Shown here: positions 50,640 through 63,161 of the stretch, piece by piece
Layout: every line of letters begins with the position of its first letter
How positions within the stretch are numbered: the stretch's first letter is position 1
Assembly: GCF_018350175.1 (NCBI RefSeq)
Contig: NC_058373.1
Coordinates: forward strand, 102,426,001-102,490,000
Length of the DNA: 64,000 nt
Origin: Felis catus
Lineage: Eukaryota
Reading direction: 5' to 3'
Made by a program: the position numbers and the translations under genes
Notes under the pieces: model-generated
What the model was told of the DNA's origin: nothing
Database searches by the model: none
The model's input: only the letters and a program-made list of their open reading frames with translations

Positions 50640-51499
50640 GACCCATCATTTAATATTCTAAGATGAACTGCTTGTGTAACCAATTATTTAAAAATATTCA
50701 TTACACTTTAATTGGTCAGTTTCCACATTTGTGAAATGTGAATAAATAATAATTGTATATATCTCATACAGTTGTCCTGAAGATAAAATTAATGTTTATA
50801 TGTGCTTAATAAATATCAATGGCTATGTTGTTAATAATATTAATATTTGAATACTAATACTATCATTTCTCCCTTCCCCATGGGTGAATGTGGGGGGTGA
50901 GTATTGTTATAAAAGAATTTACAATGAGGTATCTTTAAATAGCAAAATTTCTTATGCATTTATTGAAATGTTTATATTTATCTTTAAAGTTATGAAAGTT
51001 AAGTGCACTTATCCATAAGGCAGGTTCAGTTATTAATAATTAGACTGCTCATTTAGGTCACAGAATGAGGGAATTGAAAGCCGTATCTGTTTAATTAAGA
51101 AATGGATTGATTGATCTTGATCACTGTTGTCTTTTAGTTCTTTTTTATTTGATTCTGTTTTTGTCTCTCTTTTTTATATATTTTTTTGTTCTCTAATTTA
51201 TTTCCTGTTCAATTTTTAGTAACTAGTGTGGAGTAGGGCAAGAAGAATTTATATTGGTTGGTGCCCGGTGTCTGAACCCGGAAAGAGTGACACATCAGAT
51301 AGCCTGGGGCTTAGTGGAGAGGGACTTACAAAGAGTCCTGTGGAGCTGTTTTACCCAGGAACCACTGAACTCCACCACATTTTCCTCCAAATCAGACTGT
51401 ATGCAGCTTCACCCTGTGTGTGTATAATGAACATTTCCAGGCTTATTCATCCATTGTTTTCCAAATGCTTCCAATTATTTCCCCTTTTTAAAAACCAGT

Positions 51500-52300
51500 A
51501 ATTATGAGAAAATTCTGTTATGTACAAAAATGTAGAAATAGAGTTACGAACCTGCACTTAGCCATATCCAGCTTTAACAGTTTATCATCTCATGGCCAAT
51601 CTTATTTGATCTATACTCCAAACCATTTCTTCTATCCCGTATTGTTATGAAGGAAATCTCAACTATCATATCACTTACTCTAAAAAGATTTTAAGATGTA
51701 TATCTAACAGATAAGGACTTAAAAATACATATATACACACATATATATTAATTTTTATAGTATGTCTATTTGACTCAGCATCCATTATATTTGGCTGGTT
51801 TCTTAAGGGTTTTTTGTTTGTTTGTTTTTTAAGTAGGCTTAACGCCCAACATGGTGCTTGAACTCAAGACCCTGATGTCAGAAGTCACATGCTGTAGTGA
51901 CTGAGCCAGCAAGAGGCACTCCTTGTTAAGTTTCTTTTAATGGGATAGCCTCCCCGCCTACACACCCCACCCATCCCCAGTCTGTCTGTCTTTCTAACTT
52001 GGAATTTGCTTGAAGAAACCAGCCTTATTTTGTTCTATAGTGTAGTTTCCCTGCTAGATTTTACTGTTTGTATTCCTCAGATGTGTAATATATTTTTGTC
52101 TCCTGTGTTTTCTATAAATTGGTAGCTGGCTTTAAAGGACTGACCAGATTAGAATTTTTTTTTTTTTTTAATGCCTTCTTTTCCTCTCTCAGAAGCATGT
52201 GCTGTGTTTCAGGTTTGCCTAGATCCATTAATTCAGTAAAAGTTAGAAAATTGTAACATCTATTTCTATCATTCCTTCCATTTATTTTGAATCAAAACCT
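51500..52300 (-). mobile_element. Old L1 (L1MC-like) fragments
   Basis: catggccaatcttatt...agataaggactt...tgaagaaacca; same motifs as 8830-10060. Confidence 0.55.
51810..51922 (-). mobile_element. Short (old-type) SINEC
   Basis: aagtaggc..acgcccaacatgg.gcttgaactca.gaccctga. Confidence 0.75.
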
Positions 52301-52348
52301 ATCAGAAAATTAAAAAAATTTTTAAATAATTTTTTCAGAGATTGAGCA

Positions 52349-52540
52349 TTTTTAAAAAAGTTTATTTATTTATTTTGAAAGAGAGAGAGCGTGCAGGGGA
52401 GGGACAGGAAGGGGGGGGCAGAGAGAATCCCAAGCAGACTTTGCACTGTCAGTGCCCTAGATCCCGACCTGTGGCTTGATCTCATGAACCATGAGGTCAT
52501 GACCTAAATTGAAACCAAGACTGAGCCACCCAGGTGCCCC
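52349..52540 (-). mobile_element. SINEC
   Basis: Consensus with an internal deletion. Confidence 0.85.
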
Positions 52541-54559
52541 CGAAATAAAATTCCAATTTAAGGCATTTAATGGCTTTAAGTGTATTTTATTTTGATTTTG
52601 TAGCAGTACTGTACATGATTTGGTGTTGAGATGTGCTGTATACTCTATTGGGTAGCTGACTACTGCAGAGCAACTTTAGACCCATGTGTTTCATCTAGGT
52701 AGGAAGTTGTCTTAGAGTGCTTACCAGTAGTTTTTTCCCAGCTAGAGATAAGTATGAGGGGTGAATATGCATTCTAATAAGTGTGTACTTCCCTACTTGT
52801 TTAATACTATAAATTGCCGTTTTAAAGTTTTACCTACTTGTGTAATTTTTTTTCTTTTTAATGAGCTTAGGCACTTAATTTTCTAAAACTGTTTCTGGGC
52901 TTGATTTGGAATCAGGAGCAATAAAGTCTAAAATATGTCTGCTTAGTACAGTTAGCTTTGGTATTACTTACTGAAGACCTTGGTTTTTAAATTGTGCAAT
53001 TTTCTTTCTTATAACTGTAGAAGGGCAGCTTGGAAGGTAATCTGATTTTGTTCAGTTTTCCCATTTCACAGCTGTTATATTTTACATTTGAGAGTTATCA
53101 AGGAGTCTGGGGCTCACTTGGTGTCCTTAAGGACTTTTCAAATAGTCCCCTACTAAATATTTATAATATGATAATATTTTTGTTTCTGGAAAGGATTTAT
53201 TTAGGGAAAAAACCCAGTTTCTTCATTGGTATTTCGTTTAAAGCAAGCATCTGAAGCTGGTGCACTAGAAAGTAGTTGAAGACCTAGTGATTTTGCCAGG
53301 TCAGTGAAGCTCATAAGAATATGTGGTGAGTTTAATAGAGGAGCTTTTCTTCAGTAAATCAGAAAGTGACCAGATAATTAATTTCTTTCCCCTCATACAT
53401 TGTACTGCCTTTCTTCTTACTCTTTTCAGCTCTTGTTCAAGGTCAGGGCTTTTGAGGTGAGCTGACTTCTCTCTTACTGCTCAGAGCCAAGAAGTTGAAT
53501 TTATTCTTCAGATACATCTACAGTGGAATAAACCTGTTTTTCACTTTTCTGTGGGGGATTTTGTGTGTTCGCTTTACAGATGAACTTGGACTTTGGATCA
53601 TATAAATGGACATAGAAGGGAAATTGAAGTACTAGACCAGGAAATAAAAATTCAAGGTTTTCAGCAGTTTGCCAGCTGGAGCTCCAGCAAGTTATTTTTG
53701 GGGTATCTCTTTAGAAATAATGGTACAAGAAATCTCTTTAATGAATAGCACTTTTGTTTTCTGGGGCTCCATATTGCCACTTCATATCGTGTTGGATCCA
53801 ACACAAAACTATAGTGATCCATTTGAGCTGCTTGTACAGTAGAGATGGATGTTACATTCTCAGCCTGTCTTCCACAGTCAGGCTGTCTCTAGAATATAGC
53901 ATCCATTCGAATTCAACAAATGATTTTTGAATGAGGCTCCAGAGGCGCAGTGGTAAATCAGGCAGACAAGTGTTCCTATCCTTGGGAGTTTACACCTTAG
54001 TAAAATTGTCCACAGAGGTACATCCCTAGGTGGAATAGTGAATTCAACAGAAGTTCCTCTTTTGCCCAATTGTCTGAACATATCCAAAGCTGTTTTTTGA
54101 GGGCAGTCAGGCATACAGAGAGAAGACGACAAGCCAGGTTTTGAAATTTCACAACATAATGTTATCTTTTTTGACTATGACTTTGGTGTGTAGAAAATAA
54201 TGGATCTTCTGTCAGTAAACAAGAAACTTGTTAGTGATTTCTACCTCTTGTTATTTGTCTCTTTTTTATTCTAAGATTTTGTGCTGAATTGCAGTAGGTT
54301 TTCTTAGTTTAGACTTTCTGAAGTAATGTTTCTTCTCTCTTCACTCCTCTCCCCACCTTTAGTGTTGGCTAGTAGGCTTAAAATTTTTTCTAATATTGTT
54401 TGGTTGATCATTAGTTACTTCCAACCCTTTGGCAAGTAGCTAAATATAAACATGGTTACTGTATATCCTGTATTTTTCAAGACAATCTCAATTTCAAGTG
54501 TTTTGGTCCATTTTGGTATAGATTTAGTTTTTGATTTAGATATAAATGGTCCTTTAGGT

Positions 54560-55449
54560 CAGTGCTCTTTAACCTGAGTCCATGGATCCTGATGAGCTTT
54601 AGGGAGGTGGTTTGTGAATCTCCCGAAACAATAATCATGCCAGACTTTGTGGCTATGTGTCCTTTCCTCAGGGAGTGATGAAGTTTGGGGGTGATGGTGG
54701 GGGGTCCAGAGCCAACGACCAAGAAAGAATTCTTGAAGACCTCTCTAGTGCAAAAAGATGATTTTATTAAAGCATGGGAACAGGACCTGTGGGCAGGAAG
54801 AGCTTCTGCACTGGGGTCATGACCGGTAACTCATTATATACCCTCAGGTTGGGAGGGGGTCAGGGATAGAGTAAGTCTCTAAGAAATTTTGGAAGTAAGG
54901 TTTCCAGGACCTTGAGGGGCTAGCTGTTGCTACAGAAATGCCATTTATTACCGTTTAGTAAAACCTCAGTCATGAGACCCTTCACATGTTTATCCGGAAG
55001 TTTGGAGCATGATTGCCAGCATATATTGTGGAGCAGTTGAGATAGAGGAAATAGACTTACAGGATCCTCAAGGTTGGGATAATGTTAAGCTAAACTTCTT
55101 TTGCCCCCAGCAAAGTGTCATCATTGAGACAGCTGGGCTCCTAGAGGGAGGTCACTGCTGGTTTCAAGGACTTGTCAGTGGGTTCTAGGCAGTAAGGGAA
55201 TTTAATTTTTCATTTGCCTTAGTTTCCCACATTACCGTGGCAAGCACTTAAAGCCCTTTCCTTTGTTCTTGGGTAGCCAGGAGTGTCTGAGGACTATCAC
55301 ACTTATTCCACCTGGAAGGTGGGGTGGTGCCAGCCTGTATTTTGCCCTCAGCTTGCCCCACGCTCCCTCTTCAGGGAGCATCCATTTTCTTTCATCAGAA
55401 TTTTAAAGGGCTTATAGTGGCTACAAAAAAGGTTAATAATAACCATTGT
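54560..55449. mobile_element. MER103-like hAT-Charlie element split by an LTR
   Basis: cagtgctctttaacctgagtccatgga...ctttcatcagaattttaaaggg...aaaaaaggttaataataaccattg. Confidence 0.6.
54692..55373 (-). mobile_element. Solo ERV1-type LTR (carnivore type)
   Basis: TGA...TCA termini, about 680 bp; antisense poly(A) signal tttatt near 54762; interrupts the MER103-like element. Confidence 0.7.
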
Positions 55450-55691
55450 ATTTTGTACTAATGAGATTTTAATAGGAGTGATAACATTTTTTCCCTTCCA
55501 GACATGTTTTGCAGAAAGACAGTTGTCCAGGTGTTAATTATTTGGAGCAGTGAGCTCTTGAATGATTTGAAGTGTTCTCTTAAATAAATATAGGTTGTAT
55601 GGAGATCAAATCAGAATAGCTTTCTGGTTATTTTTATTTTATGATCTTAAAACATTAAGCTTTAACTCATGAATTCTTACATTTACCCCAT

Positions 55692-55973
55692 TGTTAGGGG
55701 CTGAATTGCCTGCTGCTTCCCTTTGCATATGTTGAAGCGCTAATCCCCAGTGCCTGGGAATGTGACTGAATTTGGAGAGCTGGCATTTAAAGAGGTGATT
55801 AAGGGGTGCCTGGGTGGCTCAGTTGATTAAGCATCCAGACTCTGTGATTTCTGCTCAGGTCATAATCACATGGTTCATGAGACGGAGGCTCACGTTAGGT
55901 TCCATGTGTTGACTGTGGAGCCTACTTGGGATTCTCTTTCTCCCTCTCTCTCTGCCCTTCCCCCACTCATGCT

Positions 55974-56029
<56 letters not shown>

Positions 56030-56363
56030 AAAATAAATAAACTTAAAAACTAAAGAGGTTGATTAAGTTAAAAGAAGGTAGACAGGGTGGGCCCTAATTT
56101 AATCTGATGGGTGTCTTTAAAAGAAAGAATTCTGCACACAAGAGAAAGACACCAAAGGCATGTGTGTCCAGAGGAAAGATCCTGTGAGGACACCACGAGA
56201 AGGCAGCCTTCTGCAAGCCAAGGAGAAAGGCCTCAGAAAAAAACAAACCCACCGTCCCCTTGATCTTGGACTTTTAGACTCCAGACTTATGAAAAGTAAC
56301 TTTTCTGTGTTTAAACCACACAGTTAGTGGTATTTTGTATGGTAGCTCTAGCAAACCGATATG
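55692..56363 (+). mobile_element. MaLR LTR (MLT1B-like) split by a SINE
   Basis: tgttaggggctgaattg...gaatgtgactg.atttggaga...gggtgggccctaat...ctgcaagccaaggaga.aggcctcaga...ccttgatcttggactt. Confidence 0.85.
55803..56050 (+). mobile_element. SINEC with (CT)n
   Basis: TSD taaagaggt(t)gattaag. Confidence 0.9.
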
Positions 56364-57249
56364 CTGCTGATGAAGTAGTAGTTGAGTGTCAGTAAAAAGT
56401 ATAGCAAGGGTAACTATTTCTCTTTGCCTCAAAGCATTTTTGGGGAAATGACGAAGTGTTGTATATAGCTTCATGTAGTCTAGTACTGGAAAGAGATGGT
56501 AGGACCTCTGAAATCTAGATACATATTAATATTCCTATTCATATTGGTCTTACTCTTTATCATTTCATAGTTTTCCACTTGCCTATGGTTATATTTTATC
56601 TCATCTGTTCTCTACCATTTTTCTTTCTTTGAAACTAATTGTCGTAAATAAGTCTATTATAAATCAACACCAGAATAATATCTGTATGTATTGTCCTGTG
56701 TATTCTTCTGTATACAGTCATTCCAACCCAGCCTTATTCTCTGATAATATCATCTGTACTCAGGCCTGTGGCCCAGACTGTCATATTTGCATTAAATTTT
56801 TGAAGTTTCTCTTTGTCAGAAATAAAATTTGAGTGATCTTAGTGATGTCTATCTTTGTTGCTAACTTGACTCAGCACATGGGAAACTTTTAAGTTTGTAA
56901 ATGAGTGAAAAGCTAAAGGATCAGTGTAGATTTCTTAGGTTTGCCATGTGTTCAGGAATTCCGTTAGTTTTGTTCATGCTGAAGTCTCAGGGTCTAGTCT
57001 GACACTGAAAGGGAAGTTAAGTATTTAATAAATGAATAGATTAATTTTAAGTTGGTTATCAAACTCAACATCCAAAATTTAACCCAAATTCTGTTTCCTG
57101 TCACAGTTAGACTTCTCAGTCTTTATTTATGACAATGAGATTAAGCTTACTGATGAAGTCTTCATCCATGTGTTCCTCATCTGCGCTCCCTCTTTTCATA
57201 ATGTGCTAGGTAAGAGGATAGCCTCTGATTCCTGACTGTGCACACCCAG

Positions 57250-57430
57250 GCTTCTTGATGTGCTTGCTTGCGTGATCTTGGCAAGTTTTTTTTAACCTCC
57301 CTCTGCTTTGGTTTTTTCACCTGCAATTAGGGTTAGTAAGAATATGCACTTAGGTTTTTTTGGGGGTGGGGTGGTTGTGAGCTTTGAACAGTGCCTAGCA
57401 CATAGTAAACATTTTAGAGCTATTATTATT
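57250..57430 (+). mobile_element. MIR fragment
   Basis: gtgatcttggcaagtt...aacctccctctg...agtgcctagcacatagtaa. Confidence 0.6.
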
Positions 57431-58255
57431 CTAGAAGTGAAAACAGATTATTCTATTCTTACTTCTTTGTTATTTTTTATCTCTAGGTCTACGTTGCTTG
57501 CTTTCTTTCCCTTTAAACAACACAACTTTTGCCCATAAAACTGGCATGATTTTCTTGGTAGTGGCAGGGTAAATTAGCACTACTTGGGGAGTGATTGAGT
57601 AAGATGTACCCAGTCATAAAAATACTCAAACTCTGACTCAGAAATTCCACTTCTGGGAATCTTCTAAGGACATACCTTTAAATGCATAAGAGAATGCATG
57701 CATGAAAGTTGCATTAGAACCTCCAGGATTGGAGGGAATATTTATTAAATTCTGGCACTTATACATTAACAGTTTTGATGGGTTTCAAGACCATGTAATA
57801 ACATGGACAATACTTCTGATAAAAAGCATCACATTGTATATATAATATGATTACAACCATGTTAAGTAAATACACACATCCAGGAATTTCAGAAGATAGG
57901 ACTTATATATAAGAGCTCTTTTAACCTCCGACTTGTTAAATTCTGCATTTATGTAAAGCTGGTTCTGAAGGCCCATAGTTTACCCTGTAAGTGAGAGGTC
58001 TCTATACCTTGTTTGTATACCATTGTCTTTCCTGTTTGGCTTTAGGAATTCCAGGGTTAGTCAAATTCTGCAGAATAGTGAAGACATACCCTCTGTACTC
58101 AAGGAAGTTTTATATGAGATTTAAGACAAGTACATAAGCCCTGGTTTGTGATTTTTCTCCAGTCATATGACAATTTGGGCTCCTTGGTGCCTAATGATTG
58201 AGGGGTCTTTTTTGGTAATACAGATTTCTCACATTTACTCCTTGGAAATACTCAT

Positions 58256-58469
58256 TTTCTTTTAAAAAATTTTAAATATTTATTTTTGAGAGAGCAAGAG
58301 AGACAGAGCATGAGCAGGGAAGGGGACAGAGGGAGACACAGAATCTGAAGCAGGCTCCAGGCTCTGAGCTGTCAGCATAGAACCCAATGTGGGGCTCGAA
58401 CTCATGAACTATGAGATCATGACCTGAGCCGAAGTTGGATGCTTAAGTGACTGAGCCACTCAGGCACTC
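58256..58469 (-). mobile_element. SINEC_Fc-type SINE
   Basis: TSD tggaaatact. Confidence 0.9.
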
Positions 58470-58494
58470 TGGAAATACTGTTTTAACTCCAAGA

Positions 58495-58688
58495 TTTATT
58501 TATTTTTACTTTCTTAAAGTTTACTTATTTATTTTAATAGAGCAAGCAGGGGAGGGGCAGAATCCAAACAGGCTCCTCACTGTCAGCACAAAGCCCCATG
58601 TGGGGCTCAAACTCGTGAACCGTGAGATCATGACCTGAGCTGAAACCAAGCATTGAACACTTAACTGACTGAGCCACCCAGGCACCCC
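58495..58688 (-). mobile_element. SINEC
   Basis: TSD ttaactcc(c)aagattt. Confidence 0.88.
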
Positions 58689-59276
58689 TTAACTCCCAAG
58701 ATTTGAATTGGCTTTGGTAAACTCAAAAAACAGGCTCCAGAACAGCAACCTCTCAGGTTTCGATTGACAATAAGCCTCATTTCTTTATAAGTGGTAATTC
58801 TTAAAGAATACTTTGAACAGCCATTGCATAGATTGCTACTTCAGTCTTGGTTCAACAGATCCTAGGCGATATGTGATAGAAGGAAGAGTAATTACTAAAC
58901 AGCTGGGCACAGGACTGTGGCTCAGGCTTTATTTCTTTGGTAAATACCCTGGGTCCTATTTCTGAAGTAATTTCCCTACCCCTTCCACCCCTACCCAGGG
59001 TTGCTGACCAAAGTCTTCATTTGCCAGATCTTTTGTCTGCATTGATACAGCAAGCAAGCTGTTTTTGCTTGGTGCGTTAATATTTGTTACTCTGAATTTT
59101 TACTTTTTTGCCTCTTTCTTCTTTCCTGTGAGGAATAACCTATTTTAAATTCAGGTACCTATAATGGGCCAGCCTGTGCCCAGCTAGCTGGTACTTTGCT
59201 CAAGATTGAGGCCCCATGCACGGCAGATGTGCAGTGTGGTATTGTATTTACACTCAGAATTTCATGCTATTCTCTG

Positions 59277-59500
59277 ATTTTTCTTTTATTTTTTTACATT
59301 AGTTTTTTTTTTTTTTTTAACACTTATTTTTGAGAGAGTGAGCAAGTGGTGGAGGGCAGAGAGAGGGAGACAGGATCCAAAGCAGGCTCTACACTCAGTG
59401 CAAAGCCCACTGTGGGGCTTGAACTCACAAACCATGAGATCATGACATGAGCCAAAATCATGAGTCAGCTGCTTAACCAACTGAGCCACCCAGATGCCCC
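59277..59500 (-). mobile_element. SINEC
   Basis: TSD ttctctgattttt. Confidence 0.88.
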
Positions 59501-59728
59501 TGTTCTCTGATTTTTCATTCAAACATTATTTGGTACCTAATGGATTTTTGAACTGTGTTTGTGGCTGACCTTGGCCTTAGAATGTTTAACAATTTATTCC
59601 CTAGGAAAGATGACATTTTTATGTTCCAGTTACATTTGGTCAAAGAGGTTATATGTTAAAGCTCTGATCAGTTCTTTGAAAGTACTGCATTACTCTTAAA
59701 GAAAATATTGCCTTAAAAATGTTAAATT

Positions 59729-59940
59729 GGGGCGCCTGGATGGCTCAGGTGGTTAAGCATTGAACTTTGGCTCAGGTCATGATCTCACAGTTAGTGAGTT
59801 CAACCCCTGCGTAAGGCTCTCTGCCATCAGCACAGAGCCCACTTCAGATCCACTGTCCCCACTCCCCTCTGCCCCTCCCCTGCTTGCGCACGTGCTCTCT
59901 TTCTGTTTCTCTCAAAATAAATAAGGAAACATTAAAAAAA
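59729..59940 (+). mobile_element. SINEC
   Basis: Consensus. Confidence 0.9.
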
Positions 59941-59954
59941 TATGTTAAGTTTAT

Positions 59955-60158
59955 GGGGTGCCTGGGTGGCTCATTTGGGTAAGAGTCCAATTCTTGGTTT
60001 TGGCTTGGCTAATGATCTCCTGGTTTGTGAGTCCGAGCCCTGCATTAGGCTCTGCCTTGTCAGTGAGGATTGGGATTCTCTCTCTTCCTTTCTCTCTCTG
60101 TACCCCCTCATACCTGTGCTCTCTATCTCTCAAAATAAATAAATAAACTTTTAAAAAT
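59955..60158 (+). mobile_element. SINEC
   Basis: Consensus, tandem to the previous SINE. Confidence 0.87.
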
Positions 60159-61001
60159 ATGTTACATTTATATATGGAAGAATGCCTGGTTTCAAAGTGA
60201 AAAAAAAAAAAGCTTACTCAAGGAATGACATTTTGCTATGCGAGAGGATAGAAATTTTCTTTTCCTTTGTTTTCTTTAAGAAATATTAGAATAGGAAAAA
60301 TAAGCAAGAGGGTTTTAACAGGAATGCTGAGTATCTGAAATTTATAGAGGTGAAATTTTCTTGGTAATGCTCAATGTACTTTTCAATATATATCAATGAT
60401 TTTGGGGGGACTAAACTTTTTAAATGTTTCGCTGGATTTTGATATTCTTTCTCGTGGGAACTACAAAACTGTAGATTTCTCATCAGTTTTAGGTAGCAAT
60501 AAATTGTGATATGCCAGAGTTATGTGAGTGTTTAGCATTATGTCACAGGAACAATAGGAAAATACTTTGTAAACCATTGTTGACTGGATTAATTTAAACA
60601 TGGTAAGTTTAACAAAACATAATACTTCAGTTTGTCTGTATCCCCAACTGTTATTTAATAATTCAAAATAGACTGAGCAAGTGTTCTTTCCTTTAGCCTC
60701 CTAGCCCCCTTCCTACCTAGTCCAAGAAAAGAGGGGGTAGAGGATCCATGTAAATTAATGACTAATTCAGTATTTTGCAGTACACTGTAAAACTGTTAGG
60801 TCTTGCTTCAGTTGTGACCACAATGGAAAAGCAAAGTAGTGGCTACCCTTCCCAACTTGTAATACTCCTTTCAGTATGTTTTAGATACTTTATTGGCCCA
60901 TCAAATTTATCATAAACTTTTATTTTGGGGAAGTTAGCTTTGTTTGGTCCTTAATCATGGTATAGAATCTATATTAGATAATCATGATGGAGCTGTGTGC
61001 T

Positions 61002-61226
61002 GTATGTATGTATGTATGTATGTATGTATTTATTTAACGTTTATTCATTTTTGAGACAGAGAGAGACAGAGCATGAATGGGGGAAGGTCAGAGAGAGAGG
61101 GAGACACAGAATTCGAAACTCTGAGCTGTCAGCACAGAGCCCGACGCGGGGCTCAAACTCACGGACCGTGAATCATGACCTGAGCTGAAGTTGGACGCCC
61201 AACCGACTGAGCCACCCAGGCGCCCC
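61002..61226 (-). mobile_element. SINEC_Fc-type SINE with (TATG)n tail
   Basis: TSD ctgtgtgctgtat. Confidence 0.92.
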
Positions 61227-61540
61227 TGTGTGCTGTATTTAAATAAGATTGTGAATTCTAAGAATGATGAAAGTCGTGAGCAGCGAATTCTGGAAAACTA
61301 TGCATGTGCTTCCAAAGACTAGTCTCTGTATTACTCAGTATCTTTTAACAGACAGTAAAGGATTTTTCCATTAAGTTGTGTACAATTAACCATCCAGCCC
61401 TCCTGAGGCAAAGGTTCAAGGTCCCATGAAATGGCTTTAGAGAATGTTCCTTCAAAGAAAGAAGTGAACTCCCTCCCCCAATATTTTGGAGCCCAGTTTG
61501 AGAACTACTGTCTTTTCTGATGTACAGTTTGTTTAGTTTA

Positions 61541-61543
61541 TAT

Positions 61544-61594
<51 letters not shown>
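61541..61594. repeat. (ATTT)n microsatellite
   Basis: About 13 units. Confidence 0.95.
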
Positions 61595-61953
61595 TATATA
61601 TTTTGGTTAAGGCGTTCAGTGGGAGTTGGATGCATTCTGTCAGTGCTTAGAGGATTATGAAGGGAAGTACTATCTTCTGCCTCCACGTGTATTCACACCC
61701 TTCTAGTCTTGGCACTTTTTCTACTTTAACAGCCATGGAAGTAGTTTCTACATACTTAGAGATTCGTATGGCTTTGTGATGTGGTGTGTCTGCCTTAATT
61801 CATCAGTTATGTGTAGAAGTTTTATGTGGCACTGAAGAAAAACTGACCTAGTTTGAGAGAGAAAAATCTCTTTGAATAGATGCTGTCAGAATTATTTAAT
61901 CTCATTTGTGTCATAATTGGGCCTGTGTGTGTGTGTGTTTTAAAAAAAATACT

Positions 61954-62134
61954 TAATTATTTTTGAGAGAAAGAGAGGCAGAGAGATAGGGAGACACAGA
62001 ATCTGAAGCAGTCTCCAGGCTTTGAGCTGTCAGCACAGAGCCTGACGCGGGGCTCGAACTCGCAAACCATGAATGAGATATAATGACCTGAGCCGAAGTC
62101 ATATGCTTAACCGACTGAGCCACCCAAGTGCCCC
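61954..62134 (-). mobile_element. SINEC_Fc-type SINE
   Basis: TSD gtgtgtgtgtttt. Confidence 0.9.
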
Positions 62135-62192
62135 AAGTGTGTGTGTTTTTTTTTAATGCTAGGCACACTTTATCATTAAAAAAAAAATATGT

Positions 62193-62288
62193 TTTTATTA
62201 AGTAGTCTCTATGCTCAGTGTGGGGCTCGAACTCACAACCCCAAGATCAAGAGTTGCATGCTCTATAGACTGAGCCAGCCAGGCACCT
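62193..62288 (-). mobile_element. Short (old-type) SINEC
   Basis: aagtagtctctatgctcagtgtggggctcgaactcacaacc. Confidence 0.8.
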
Positions 62289-62550
62289 CTGGGCCTAGGT
62301 TTTTTATTTTTGTTTGCTTTGAACAAGGAAAGTGCAGATCCAGGAGACTCTTAACCTAATTCTCATCCTGATGCTACCACTATCTCACTGTGGGGCTTCA
62401 AAAGTCATTATAGCTCCATTATTTCATTTGGAAAAAACAAAGACTTCATTATATATACATGTAATACTTTGCTGGAGTTGCTAGTCATTTCTGTAATGGT
62501 TCAGTGAAGAAGGTGGTTTTAAGATGTCCTCCGGAAGCTTTTACATTCTT

Positions 62551-62783
62551 TTTTTTTTTTAATTAAAAAAAATTTTTTTTTTAAATTTTTATTTGAGAGA
62601 GCACACACACACACACGCACACGCACACACACACGCACGCACGTGTGCACGCGTGGGGGAGGGGCATAGAGAGAGGGAGGCACAGAATCTGAAGCAGGCT
62701 CCAGTCTCTGAGCTGTCAGCACTGAGCCTGATGAGAGGCTCAAACCCACCAGCCCACCAGCCGGGAGATCAAGACCTAAGCCT
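62551..62783 (-). mobile_element. 5'-truncated SINEC with a (CA/CG)n tract
   Basis: Perfect TSD aagcttttacattctt at 62535-62550 and 62784-62799. Confidence 0.9.
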
Positions 62784-62946
62784 AAGCTTTTACATTCTTA
62801 AAGAAACAGTGAATTTATTTACTGTATACTTGAACTCCTCTAAAGGTATCATGGGAATGGTCTTTCAAGGGTTAGTCTATTTTAATTCCTCTGGCCTTTT
62901 GTAAAGGAAGAAGAGCTTTTAACTATTCTAATAAAAGTGGACTCCT

Positions 62947-63161
62947 GGGGTGCCAGGGTGGCTCAGTCAGTTAAGCGTCCGACTTCGGCTCAGGTCATGA
63001 TCTCACAGTTTGTGGGTTCTAGCCCCACATCGGGCTCTATGCTGACAGCTCAAAGCCTGGAGCCTGCTTCGAATTCTGTGTCTTCTTTTCTCTCTGCACC
63101 TCCACCACTCACCCTCTGTCTCTCTCTCAAAAATAAATAAAAGTTAAAAAAAAATTTTTTT
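62947..63161 (+). mobile_element. SINEC_Fc-type SINE
   Basis: TSD aagtggactcct. Confidence 0.92.

Noticed and set aside
57170..57215. TAG|GTAAGA, a possible recursive splice site
   Set aside because: The pyrimidine tract is interrupted, it sits next to a MIR relic, and there is no independent support
62601..62655. Alternating purine-pyrimidine (Z-DNA-prone) tract
   Set aside because: Ordinary microsatellite growth inside a SINE's variable region
3543..63140. Many similar short ORFs (MAQSVKRPTSAQV..., RETEHERGRGRERG...)
   Set aside because: Translations of Can-SINE copies, not a gene family
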